A stretch of 53,127 nt of DNA from an uncultured Methanosarcinales archaeon (GCA_964416905.1 CAYQFL010000001.1:39520-92646), one strand, 5' to 3'. Counted from the stretch's first letter, positions 19,988 to 28,861 are shown. The notes: generated from the letters alone by a model not told the origin. A program made the numbers and translations.

Positions 19988-20112
19988 TGCCGGCGCGGGG
20001 CTTTGAACCCCGGACCTCTAGATGTCCCAGTTAGAGCTTTTATCATCGCAAAAAGCTCAGCACTCATAAAACTTATGAGTCTAGCGCTCTGACCAGGCTG
20101 AGCTACGCCGGC
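19988..20112 (-). tRNA. tRNA-Met(CAT), elongator type, with 50-nt canonical 37/38 intron (20024..20073)
   Basis: GCCGGCG/CGCCGGC acceptor stem. BHB: CTCA/TGGG central helix, bulges TAA and ACA, outer GTT/AAC helix. Mature length 75 nt. Met rather than Ile2 is inferred from the acceptor stem. Confidence 0.92.
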
Positions 20113-20221
20113 ATCACAAAAAATGCGCACAAAGAAAGTATTTAAAAGTTTTTGTTTTGAGAAACGGTGACAGACTTATAAAAAGTAGCTAATAACTAAA
20201 AGTAACAAAAATGCGTAAACG

Positions 20222-21439
20222 TTAAAATGAACTCTTTCGTTTCTGTAATGAATTCAAATACTCATCTAAAGGAGGCAGATTTTCAGATACTTCGTTCCTT
20301 AAAAGTTTTGATGCCCAGCTCCTTTCAGAATATTCGCACAAATCTTTAATATTTCTACCTGAAAAACCCTCAGATTGTTCTGCTAGTAAAATTCTATCAT
20401 CATAGCTTAAATGCTTTGCATAATTTTCAAATATTGCTGCTCTCTCCTCCAAATTTGGCAATCTGAAATAGATACTTACATCAAATCTACTTAATAATGC
20501 AGGATCTAAATCCTGTTTCCTGTTAGTAGAACCAATTAAAATAGTGTTCTCTGCAGAAGATTCCAACCCATCAATCTTTCTGAGCAAGACTGACAAAACT
20601 CGTCTCGTTGCTTCATGAATATTGCCGTCTCTAGAAGTTGCAAGGGAATCAATTTCATCTAAGAACATTATAGAATTTTCAAGTTCGCTACAAGCATCAA
20701 ATATCGCAGCAAGATTCCTCTCGCTTTCACCATACCATTTTGTCATTATACTTTCTATAGGAACATAAATTAAAGGAACACCTGTTTCAGAAGCAATAAT
20801 TCGTGCAGTAGTTGTTTTGCCCGTGCCAGGTGGACCTTCAAAAAGCACAGCTTTAGGACGAATGCTCTCTAACTTTTTCCTAGTGCCTTTAATAATTTCA
20901 TCATAGATCTCCGGGTGCTTTAATGGTAAGAGAACAGTATCCCTTATTTCATCTTTAATATCTTCATAGCCCGCAAGATAGTCCCAACTAATTTTTTCAC
21001 TAGAATCATATATTTTAACTCCATACTCTAATAATCTTTCTAAAGAATTATTCTGCGTTAGGAAATTACCTTTCACATAGGCTTCTATAATTGCATTTAG
21101 CTCATCACTTGAAAATTTCGGTTCTTTATGGAATCCACTTTTATGAAATGAAATAAGATGTCTATGAGGGAAATCTAGGAAACTTATATTACCTGTTTTG
21201 TAAGACAAGTAACTCCCGTCGTTTGAATATATTATCTTCATATCGCCAATGTTCTCAACAAAAGAGTTAATAAGCTCATATTTATCAGCACGACCGCTTA
21301 TATCAAAAGTTACGGTTATACCCATTGTATCTTTCTTAACTTTGATTTCTGACTGCGTGTTTACATTATATTTTTCACTAAGTTCTTCGATCTTTTTTTC
21401 CAGGAATTCTCTTGCTTCAGAATAACTAAACTCAGCCAT
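20222..21439 (-). CDS. Single-domain AAA+ ATPase (classical clade) with uncharacterised N-domain
   Basis: GPPGTGKT, pore loop TKWYGESER, FLDEID, STNRKQDLDPALLSRFD. Confidence 0.9.
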   Translation of the reverse strand: MAEFSYSEAREFLEKKIEELSEKYNVNTQSEIKVKKDTMGITVTFDISGRADKYELINSFVENIGDMKIIYSNDGSYLSYKTGNISFLDFPHRHLISFHKSGFHKEPKFSSDELNAIIEAYVKGNFLTQNNSLERLLEYGVKIYDSSEKISWDYLAGYEDIKDEIRDTVLLPLKHPEIYDEIIKGTRKKLESIRPKAVLFEGPPGTGKTTTARIIASETGVPLIYVPIESIMTKWYGESERNLAAIFDACSELENSIMFLDEIDSLATSRDGNIHEATRRVLSVLLRKIDGLESSAENTILIGSTNRKQDLDPALLSRFDVSIYFRLPNLEERAAIFENYAKHLSYDDRILLAEQSEGFSGRNIKDLCEYSERSWASKLLRNEVSENLPPLDEYLNSLQKRKSSF

Positions 21440-21546
21440 TCTAATTTAGAGAAAAAAATTATGATTTATAAAAGTTACTACGTTGTAAGAGTTACATGCT
21501 TTGAAAGAAAAATTTATAACTTAAACATTTTTCTTCAAAAATAGAT

Positions 21547-21620
21547 GGTGGCGGTGGTGTAACCTGGCAGCACGAGAGGTTGTGGCCCTCTTAGACCGGG
21601 TTCAAATCCCGGCTGCCACC
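21547..21620 (+). tRNA. tRNA-His(GTG) with genomically encoded G-1
   Basis: G(-1)GTGGCGG pairs with CTGCCAC-C73. AGAGG-TTGTGGC-CCTCT anticodon arm. Confidence 0.96.
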
Positions 21621-21711
21621 CTTCATATTTCTAAAGGTTATAGCTGTTTAAAAGAAGATAGAATGTTCTTTTTCTTAAAAGAAAAATTAAAAAGAAATAA
21701 AGAACTATGAA

Positions 21712-21785
21712 TGAGCCCTGGGGGCTTCGAACCCCCGACCTTCCGGTTAAGAGCCGGATGCTCTACCAAGCTAAGCTAAGGGCCC
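21712..21785 (-). tRNA. tRNA-Lys(CTT)
   Basis: GGGCCCT/AGGGCTC acceptor stem, TCCGG-CTCTTAA-CCGGA anticodon arm, GGTTCGAAGCC T arm. Confidence 0.96.
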
Positions 21786-21877
21786 CTTATCCTAGAAGCA
21801 AAAAGAACTGCTTTTTAAAGTTTTTTATTTTTAATAGTAATAGAAAATTTGATATAAAAACACAACAAAAAGAAAAA

Positions 21878-22087
21878 TTATATTATCTCGCCTATCTCAA
21901 CATCTTCGTTCTCATCCAATAAAAGGTCGTCAACCTGATCAACAACATCGTTAGTCACACTATCTTGAGTTTCTTGGTTTACTTCGTTTGACTCAGGTTG
22001 CTGCGTATTATTGGAACAGGACGTCAAAAACAAAGCACTAATTACCACTGCAAGTAAAGCTATGGTTAACAAACTTTTACGATTCAT
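21878..22087 (-). CDS. Small acidic predicted lipoprotein
   Basis: GAGGTGA RBS then ATG at 22087. Signal peptide ends in lipobox-like FLTSC, followed by an Asn/Gln/Asp/Glu-rich tail. Confidence 0.75.
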   Translation of the reverse strand: MNRKSLLTIALLAVVISALFLTSCSNNTQQPESNEVNQETQDSVTNDVVDQVDDLLLDENEDVEIGEII

Positions 22088-22187
22088 GAAAATCACCTCT
22101 TGATTTTTTGCATAAATGCAAATTCATAAACAGATATCAAATTAAAAAAAGAATATATAAAACTTTTCTTATCACTTGCTAGCCACA

Positions 22188-23057
22188 TCACTTTCTACGA
22201 GGCATAGATGCTTGGGCACCACCTTGCGGTCCAGGGCTTTGAGCTAATCTTGTATGCAACTTATCTAAAATTTTCTTTTGAACTGCATTTAATCTTTCTC
22301 TAACTCGCTCAGCAATATTAGCGTTCAACTGGTTAAGCTGCTGCTCATGAGCTGTCCTCATCTGTTTAACTCTTTCCTGGATTTGTTCAATCTGTTGAGC
22401 TTGATTTCTTATAACTTCTCTTAATTGATTCTTTAATTGTTCCTTGTTTGTTAATGCTGATTCATCAAATCTTACATCAGGTTTATTTAGCATAGCTCTA
22501 ACAATTTTTTCATTATGAGCTCTGACATGTTGTGTAATCATTTCCTTAACAGCTCTAATTTTTTCTTGGATTTTCTGTTGTGCGTTTTCATTAACTTTAG
22601 TTCTAATCTGAGCAAGCTCTTCTCCTGTAAAATCTTCATGCAAAATTGTGCTAAATTGTCTTATTAAAGACCTGCTCTCATTAAGCAAAATCACAAAATC
22701 TGATGCTAAATTTTGCAGAGTTTCTTGGTTTACTTCTTCAGGAATTGTTGACACAGTTTCATTAACCTGATCAGCTAAAGCTCTCATATTTTCAAGCATA
22801 AGCTCCAACTCAGAAGAATCGTAATCAGGTTTAACTTCCTTAATTGCATTTATTACTTCCTCGCCCTTAATAATCTGGGTTTCAAGATTCTTATTTAATT
22901 GTAACAACCTAACCTTTGCACCAAAACTTGTTGTGAATGCCTTTAAAGCTTCATCCTCAATAGCATTATCTTCTGCATAAACTGAAGGCATTATTGCTAT
23001 TGAAAACACCGCAAACAATGCAACCAGCATCAAAACAATATTCAATTTCTTTTTCAT
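22188..23057 (-). CDS. Secreted all-helical Gln/Glu-rich coiled-coil protein
   Basis: GGAGGTGA RBS before ATG at 23057. Signal peptide MKKKLNIVLMLVALFAVFSIAIMPSVYA, heptad-rich body. Confidence 0.8.
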   Translation of the reverse strand: MKKKLNIVLMLVALFAVFSIAIMPSVYAEDNAIEDEALKAFTTSFGAKVRLLQLNKNLETQIIKGEEVINAIKEVKPDYDSSELELMLENMRALADQVNETVSTIPEEVNQETLQNLASDFVILLNESRSLIRQFSTILHEDFTGEELAQIRTKVNENAQQKIQEKIRAVKEMITQHVRAHNEKIVRAMLNKPDVRFDESALTNKEQLKNQLREVIRNQAQQIEQIQERVKQMRTAHEQQLNQLNANIAERVRERLNAVQKKILDKLHTRLAQSPGPQGGAQASMPRRK

Positions 23058-23097
23058 GTTATTCACCTCCGAAAGATTTAAAACATCTCAAATCTAC

Positions 23098-23160
23098 TGT
23101 TCATATATAACCGGAACAATATAAATAATTTTGCCGGAAAGGTAGCGGAACGATGGGAAC
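23098..23160. promoter_or_regulatory. Divergent promoter region with (C/G)GGAA(C/A) repeats and a TGTTC-N11-GAACA inverted repeat around a TATA box
   Basis: CGGAA at 23112, 23135 and 23146, GGGAAC at 23155; TATATAA at 23104-23110. Confidence 0.45.
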
Positions 23161-23896
23161 GAAGCCTTATTTTAAAGCAATAACAACCTTTGCAATCATT
23201 TTTTTTGTCTCAATGAACTTTAGTTTAGCATATTTCGGCGATTTAACAATAGACATCAACCAAAAAGGAGAAGTAACAATAACTGGAGAAACTGATTGCG
23301 AAGAATTAAGCAACTTGAATAATGTTCTAAAATTCACTTCTATTAGAAACAACAAAATCTTGGTTAACATTTCCTCAAAATGTTTCTTTGAATCCATTTC
23401 TTACGAACTCATGCTACCTAAGAATGCTTTAGTGAATTATTTCAAATCTTCAACCAGATATGTAATAACCAGCGAAAAAGAAAGACTAATCATAAAAAGC
23501 TCAGATTCTTCAGAAACATTAGAGATTTTGGTACAATTCTCTACCACTAATGAAAACCAGCAAAATTATATCTTATTCTTTTTCATAACAACTACAATTA
23601 TCTCAATAATTATCATTATATGGCTAGTAATCAAACAGAAGAAATCTCTTACAATTATCAACGAAGAATTGAATGAGCGGCAAAAACAAATAATCAACAT
23701 TTTGCTCAAAGAAAAATCAATATCTCAAGCAGAATTAACAAAAAGGCTTAACCTTCCAAAGTCTTCAGTATCACGAAATGTAAACTCGTTATTGAGAAAG
23801 GGAATAATCATTAAAGAAAAGAAAACAAAAACGAACATCCTTAAACTAAATCCAGAATACCATAAAAATCAAAGAAAAGAAGAAAACAAAAATTAA
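23153..23896 (+). CDS. Membrane-anchored winged-helix transcription regulator (COG2512-like)
   Basis: Signal peptide, extracytoplasmic beta-rich domain, TM ILFFFITTTIISIIIIIWLVI, then wHTH LNERQKQIINILLKEKSISQAELTKRLNLPKSSVSRNVNSLLRKGII. Confidence 0.85.
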   Translation: MGTKPYFKAITTFAIIFFVSMNFSLAYFGDLTIDINQKGEVTITGETDCEELSNLNNVLKFTSIRNNKILVNISSKCFFESISYELMLPKNALVNYFKSSTRYVITSEKERLIIKSSDSSETLEILVQFSTTNENQQNYILFFFITTTIISIIIIIWLVIKQKKSLTIINEELNERQKQIINILLKEKSISQAELTKRLNLPKSSVSRNVNSLLRKGIIIKEKKTKTNILKLNPEYHKNQRKEENKN

Positions 23897-26595
23897 CTAA
23901 TAGTACATGCGCTCCAGCCACAACTGTGACAAGTTTTGCATCCAGACTCTGCTGTTAATTTGCTTCCACAAATAGGGCAAATGTCAACGCCTTTTTTTCC
24001 TTCTTCATTTAAAACAACTCTTGGGTTAAAAGAACCTGTTTTTTTACTTTGTTGAACATTCTTGTTCTCGGATGCAGATGAAAGAAACACATCTAAACTC
24101 TTGTTTGATCCTTCTGACTCTAATATCTCTGAAACATTCAAAAGCTCTCCAAGTTTAGGCTTCTGGTTGATTAATCCTTTTAACTTATCGCTTGAATATT
24201 TTGAAGGTCTCAACAAGAATCTCTGCTTTGAATCATCTCCTTCAACATTCAAAACCTGACCAAACTTACTACCATCTCTATAAACAGTTACACCCTTACA
24301 ATTAAGTTCATGAGCTAACAAATAGGCATACTTAATGTCATCAACGCTTACCCATTTCTTCATATTTATGGTTTTACTAATACTATCAGTAACCCATAAC
24401 TGCATTTCAGCTTGTGCTACCAGATGGTCTAACCAATGCAAGTCCATTGCTGTAACGAAAATCTCCTTTAAATCCTCAGGAATTTCATCAATATTCTGAA
24501 TACTGCCGCCATTAGCGCTTATTTTCTTCAACAACTCTTCACTATAAAGTCCTCTCTTCTTAAGTTCCTCCTCAAAAACTGGGTCAACGTAAAAGAAGTT
24601 GCCTACAGTGACCCTCTTCTCAAAAACTAATGCAAAAATCGGTTCTATGCCACTAGTAGTGTCAGCAATCATGCTAACTGAACCTGTAGGCGGACATGTT
24701 GATACCATACCGTTCCTTAAACCATTCTTCTGGATATCTTTAACTAAATTTTCCCAGTTTAATGTCCACAACTCTTTATGATAAAATCCTTCGATTGGCA
24801 AATCGCCATTAACATAGTTCGTTTTATCAAATAAGGGGAAAGGTCCTCTGTGCTTAGCTATTTCAACAGATTCAACATAGGCGTAATAAGTCAGATGTTC
24901 CAGAATCTTTCTCATAAAAGCAAAGCCTTCCTGACTATTATACTTTATCTTCATCATAAAAAGCGCTTCAGCTAAACCCATAACTCCTATTCCAATCCTT
25001 CTAGTCAATTTTGTTGCTCTATGAATTTTATCTAAAGGATAGTTGTTAACTTCCATCATGTTGTTTAGGTACCTAGTGACTTTTCTTACAACTTTATGGA
25101 AAGAATCCCAATCAAACTTACCATCAACAACAAACTTGTTCAAGCTAACGCTCGCCAAGTTACAGGATTCGTTAGGATACAAAGGTTCTTCTCCACAAGG
25201 ATTAGTTACTTTAATCTTATCTCCCTTTGCTGGCTCCAAAACATTACGCTTGTTAATGTTATCTAAGAACAAAACTCCGGGATCAGCAATAGACCAGGCA
25301 TAATAAGATATTAACTCAAACACTTCTTTAGCATCCTGCTTGTTAACCTCTTCCCCTGTCCTTGGGTTAATCAAAGGATACTTTTTATTTTCATACAAGG
25401 CATTCCAGAAATGGTCCCAGAGACCTACTGAGATATTAAAGTTTGATAACACACCATCCTTTTCTTTACATTTTATGAAATCGATAATGTCAGGGTGCCA
25501 GTCCTCTAAAATACCCATATTGGCTCCTCGTCTGACACCACCTTGCTTTATAACATCTGAAACTGAATCAATAAGTTTCATAAAAGACAAAGGACCAGAT
25601 GAAACGCCTCTTGTTGAGTCAACCACATCATCCTTTGGTCTAAGCTTAGAAAAGTTTATACCTGTTCCGCCACCGCATTTTTGAATAATTGCAACATCGT
25701 GAGCTAGTTGCATAATTGATTCCATGTCATCCTCAACATCTAACGTGAAACATGCAGAAAGCATACCTAACCTTCTGCCAGCATTAATTAAAGCAGGCGT
25801 ATTTGGCATGAAATATTTATTAGTCAAGAGTTCAAACGCTTCCTCAATCATCTGTTCATATTTATTAAAGTAGCCTTCGTTTAGCAACTTAAGAAACCCA
25901 TCAACACTAATTATAATATGACCTTCTTCAGCCAACTCTTTAAATAATGTTAACAACCTTTCAAACATATACTTATTTAAGCTAAACCTTCCAATCTTAA
26001 ACTTGGAATCATATTCCTCTGACAAAGCAATCAACTCATCAATCCTTTTAGTATCCTGCTTAAAATTGCCTTCTTTAGAATAAACCTTATCATCAAACAC
26101 TAATTCAGCTAAAACTGAAATAATGCTAACCCGCTCAAACAACTCTCTTGGACTTTCAACGATATTGTTGTTCTCATCCCTTATTAAATACCTGGAAGCA
26201 AGAACTCTCAAAGCATTTAAAGAAAATGATTTATCAATCTCATCAAGTTTTTCCTTGTTCAAAACAAGCTTTTTCTCATTCCTTTCATCTGTCTTCTTCT
26301 TTCTATATAAAATAAAAGCCTTAGCAACATCAAACAACCTCTTCCGCATTAAAGCTATTTCAATTATATCCTGAATCTCTTCAACATTAGGTTCTTTATC
26401 CTTAAATTGTATAGCAATAAGATTAAGAGCTTCATCAACAACTTCGTTCAACAATTTTTCATCAGCTTTGTTCTCTGCAAGCATCGCTTTCCAAACAGAA
26501 TTTTTTATTCTCGTTACATCAAACTCAGCTTTTCTACCATCACGCTTAACTACATATTTAGGTAAATTGTTATTTAAGATTTCTTCAGCCATCAT
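23893..26595 (-). CDS. nrdJ: Class II (adenosylcobalamin-dependent) ribonucleotide reductase with ATP cone, no inteins
   Basis: ATP cone VVKRDGRKAEFD, FMPNTP, LSACF, GGVRRGANM, TNPCGEEPL, CPPTGSVSM, C-terminal CPICG...GCKTCHSCGWSAC. ATG at 26595 or 26592. Confidence 0.95.
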   Translation of the reverse strand: MMAEEILNNNLPKYVVKRDGRKAEFDVTRIKNSVWKAMLAENKADEKLLNEVVDEALNLIAIQFKDKEPNVEEIQDIIEIALMRKRLFDVAKAFILYRKKKTDERNEKKLVLNKEKLDEIDKSFSLNALRVLASRYLIRDENNNIVESPRELFERVSIISVLAELVFDDKVYSKEGNFKQDTKRIDELIALSEEYDSKFKIGRFSLNKYMFERLLTLFKELAEEGHIIISVDGFLKLLNEGYFNKYEQMIEEAFELLTNKYFMPNTPALINAGRRLGMLSACFTLDVEDDMESIMQLAHDVAIIQKCGGGTGINFSKLRPKDDVVDSTRGVSSGPLSFMKLIDSVSDVIKQGGVRRGANMGILEDWHPDIIDFIKCKEKDGVLSNFNISVGLWDHFWNALYENKKYPLINPRTGEEVNKQDAKEVFELISYYAWSIADPGVLFLDNINKRNVLEPAKGDKIKVTNPCGEEPLYPNESCNLASVSLNKFVVDGKFDWDSFHKVVRKVTRYLNNMMEVNNYPLDKIHRATKLTRRIGIGVMGLAEALFMMKIKYNSQEGFAFMRKILEHLTYYAYVESVEIAKHRGPFPLFDKTNYVNGDLPIEGFYHKELWTLNWENLVKDIQKNGLRNGMVSTCPPTGSVSMIADTTSGIEPIFALVFEKRVTVGNFFYVDPVFEEELKKRGLYSEELLKKISANGGSIQNIDEIPEDLKEIFVTAMDLHWLDHLVAQAEMQLWVTDSISKTINMKKWVSVDDIKYAYLLAHELNCKGVTVYRDGSKFGQVLNVEGDDSKQRFLLRPSKYSSDKLKGLINQKPKLGELLNVSEILESEGSNKSLDVFLSSASENKNVQQSKKTGSFNPRVVLNEEGKKGVDICPICGSKLTAESGCKTCHSCGWSACTIS

Positions 26596-26600
26596 AGACA

Positions 26601-26648
26601 CCACAAGATATTGTGTTATTAACTAGTTAAAACAACAACATTATGTCC
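26601..26648. promoter_or_regulatory. Tandem NrdR-box-like operators upstream of nrdJ
   Basis: Box 1 CCACAAGATATTGTGT (26601-26616) matches acaCwAtATaTwGtgt at 14/16. Box 2 CAACAACATTATGTCC (26633-26648) is weaker. Starts are 32 bp apart with a 16-bp linker. Confidence 0.7.
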
Positions 26649-26655
26649 TTTTTGA

Positions 26656-26663
26656 TATTTAAA
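26656..26663 (-). promoter_or_regulatory. TATA box of nrdJ (TTTAAATA)
   Basis: Canonical archaeal TATA octamer on the minus strand just upstream of box 2. Confidence 0.55.
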
Positions 26664-26807
26664 TAGATTTTGATACTTCAAAAATACAAATTAAATAAAT
26701 CAGTTAACAAATATATTTCATAAATCAGAAATCGTTTAAAAACACTTTAAAAACACAACTAAGAGTAGGAATACAAAATTAGAAACAAGAAAAATAAAAT
26801 GTAAAAC

Positions 26808-28706
26808 TTATTTTAATCGTATACTCTCAAGATTCTTAGGCAAATTCGTCTCAACTTTGTAAGTGCGGTGTATAGAACTTGCTAAATTCAAAGCCCTGCT
26901 AACCTCACCATGCACTAGGATTACTTTCTTGGGCTTAGGATTTAAAGAGCCGACGAAAGCCATTAACTGCTTCCTGTCACTGTGACCGCTTAAACCTTCA
27001 ATAGTAATTACATTCATTCTAAGATTAAGAACCTCATGTTTATTACCACCGGTTGCAAAGTATATCTCTCGTTCGCCGTTCTGAATTCTTCGTCCTAAAG
27101 AACCTTCGCCCTGGTAAGACACAAAGATTAAGGTGTTATTTGGATTATCTCCAAGATTCCTAAGATACTCTACACTGGGTCCACCGACAAGCATACCGGA
27201 TGTAGCTAAGATAATACACGGTCCTCCTTCAATAACTTGTTGTCGCTCCTTGCCTGAACCCACTGTCTTAAAATGTTCTGAAAGGAACGGATTATGTCCC
27301 TCAGTGAATATCATCTTCTTAAGGTTCTTATTAAAAAACTCAGGATAAACAGAATAAACCGCAGTGATGTCCCAGACCATTCCGTCTATGTAGACAGGAA
27401 CTTCAGGCAGTTCTCCGTTCCTGATTGCATTCTCTATCAGAACCATTACCTCTTGAGCTCTTCCAGAACCAAGAACTGGGATCAAAACTTTGCCTTTTTT
27501 ATCAAGGGTTTCTTTAACTGCGTTAAGCAACAGCTCTTCGCTCTGTTTTCGCGAAGGCATAACATTATCTTTTCCACCATAAGTGCTTTCCATAATCAAA
27601 GTTTCTAATCTCTGAAAATTAGTTGGTGGCGGATCTAACAATAAAGTCCTTGCAAACTTAATGTCTCCTGTATACATAAAGTTATGAAGGCCATTGCCAA
27701 CATTAATATGCGCCATTGCACTACCAAGAATATGTCCTGCATTATGTAAAGTTAATCTAACATCTGGAGTTATATCTGTAACAGTATCATAATCTAAAGT
27801 TATTGTGTGTTTTATGAATTCTTTGACATCATCTATTGTAAATATAGGGTCCTGCCGTTTCTCCATCATTACTTTAATAAAATCAATCAATAGAAGAGCT
27901 CCTACATCCCTTGTTGGTTCAGTGCAGTATACTGGTCCTCGATAACCAAACTTAAACAAGTAAGGTACCAAACCAATATGATCTAAATGAGAATGCGTTA
28001 TTATAACCGCATCCAACTCATTTATCCTAAACTCAGGCGCTTCAAGAAAAGGGTAAGGTCTAGAAGAATCAGTAACATCTATACCGCAATCAAGTAAAAC
28101 TCTAGATTCAGGAGTCTGTAGAAGCAAACTGCTCTTACCAACCTGCCTTGCGCCGCCTAAAAAGCTTATCCTAACCCATTCTTCTTTCTTGTTTTTAGTC
28201 CACCCTTCATAGATTCTCCTTCCAACCTTATTCAAAAAGTCTCTTCTATATTCTGATTCAAGAAACAAAACCTTTCTTATGTCTTCAACAATTTTGGATT
28301 TAACTGGTGGAGCTCGCCTAACGCCTGGAGTCCAGAGAGTTTTCCGCTTTATACTCTTTAATATGGAACCTTCTTTTCCAATAACTGCGCCGGGTTTATG
28401 TGCTTCAATTATAACCACTGACCTAGCAGGGTCAAACAGAATATCATTTATTTGAGCTTCCTCAGGAACCAATTGATGAATTACATCCGTAACGTTTTCA
28501 GGACTTGCAATTATTGCAGGGTCCGCCCTTAACTCAATCCTCTTTTTTAGAGCGTTAACTGCTTCTTTAAGATAACCGTTTGAGTTCAAAAAAAACTCCG
28601 CATCCTTCGTGTACAAAACAATGTTTGCTCCTTCAAAAAACACTTGACTTATTTTGTTCTCAGGTAAAATCTCAAAAAGTTCTTTAATAATTGGCAAATC
28701 TTTCAT
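26808..28706 (-). CDS. fttA: aCPSF1/FttA KH-beta-CASP ribonuclease (transcription termination factor)
   Basis: N-terminal KH domains (PGAVIGKEG), ITHSHLDHIG, NAGHILGS, METLIMESTYGG-type motif (LIMESTYGG), SGHSD, VHGE. Confidence 0.95.
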   Translation of the reverse strand: MKDLPIIKELFEILPENKISQVFFEGANIVLYTKDAEFFLNSNGYLKEAVNALKKRIELRADPAIIASPENVTDVIHQLVPEEAQINDILFDPARSVVIIEAHKPGAVIGKEGSILKSIKRKTLWTPGVRRAPPVKSKIVEDIRKVLFLESEYRRDFLNKVGRRIYEGWTKNKKEEWVRISFLGGARQVGKSSLLLQTPESRVLLDCGIDVTDSSRPYPFLEAPEFRINELDAVIITHSHLDHIGLVPYLFKFGYRGPVYCTEPTRDVGALLLIDFIKVMMEKRQDPIFTIDDVKEFIKHTITLDYDTVTDITPDVRLTLHNAGHILGSAMAHINVGNGLHNFMYTGDIKFARTLLLDPPPTNFQRLETLIMESTYGGKDNVMPSRKQSEELLLNAVKETLDKKGKVLIPVLGSGRAQEVMVLIENAIRNGELPEVPVYIDGMVWDITAVYSVYPEFFNKNLKKMIFTEGHNPFLSEHFKTVGSGKERQQVIEGGPCIILATSGMLVGGPSVEYLRNLGDNPNNTLIFVSYQGEGSLGRRIQNGEREIYFATGGNKHEVLNLRMNVITIEGLSGHSDRKQLMAFVGSLNPKPKKVILVHGEVSRALNLASSIHRTYKVETNLPKNLESIRLK

Positions 28707-28861
28707 TTACAACAACCTCACAAACCAAAATCTCATTAAAGTCTATCCATAAAACAATTAGTTAACAGATTCAAAGCCATCATTGAAATGACGAAAACAA
28801 TACTCACATATCCAAATCATAGCTTAAAATAAGATACAAACAAAAACCTTGTTAAAGTGTT

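Noticed and set aside
20024-20073. tRNA-Met intron as an embedded box C/D guide RNA (CTGA and ATGATAA present)
   Set aside because: Boxes are degenerate, there is no room for guide sequences in 50 nt, and the GAGCTTTT/AAAAGCTC hairpin sequesters the region.
19988-21785. Integrated mobile element at the tRNA cluster
   Set aside because: No integrase or transposase and no duplicated tRNA 3' end (att site) found.
21707-21922. 71-aa ORF
   Set aside because: Overlaps tRNA-Lys on the opposite strand; arises from GC-rich tRNA sequence.
28707-28861. Possible ncRNA in the 155-bp psmB-fttA gap (ATGACGA C-box-like)
   Set aside because: No matching D box, no GC enrichment, no stable stems.
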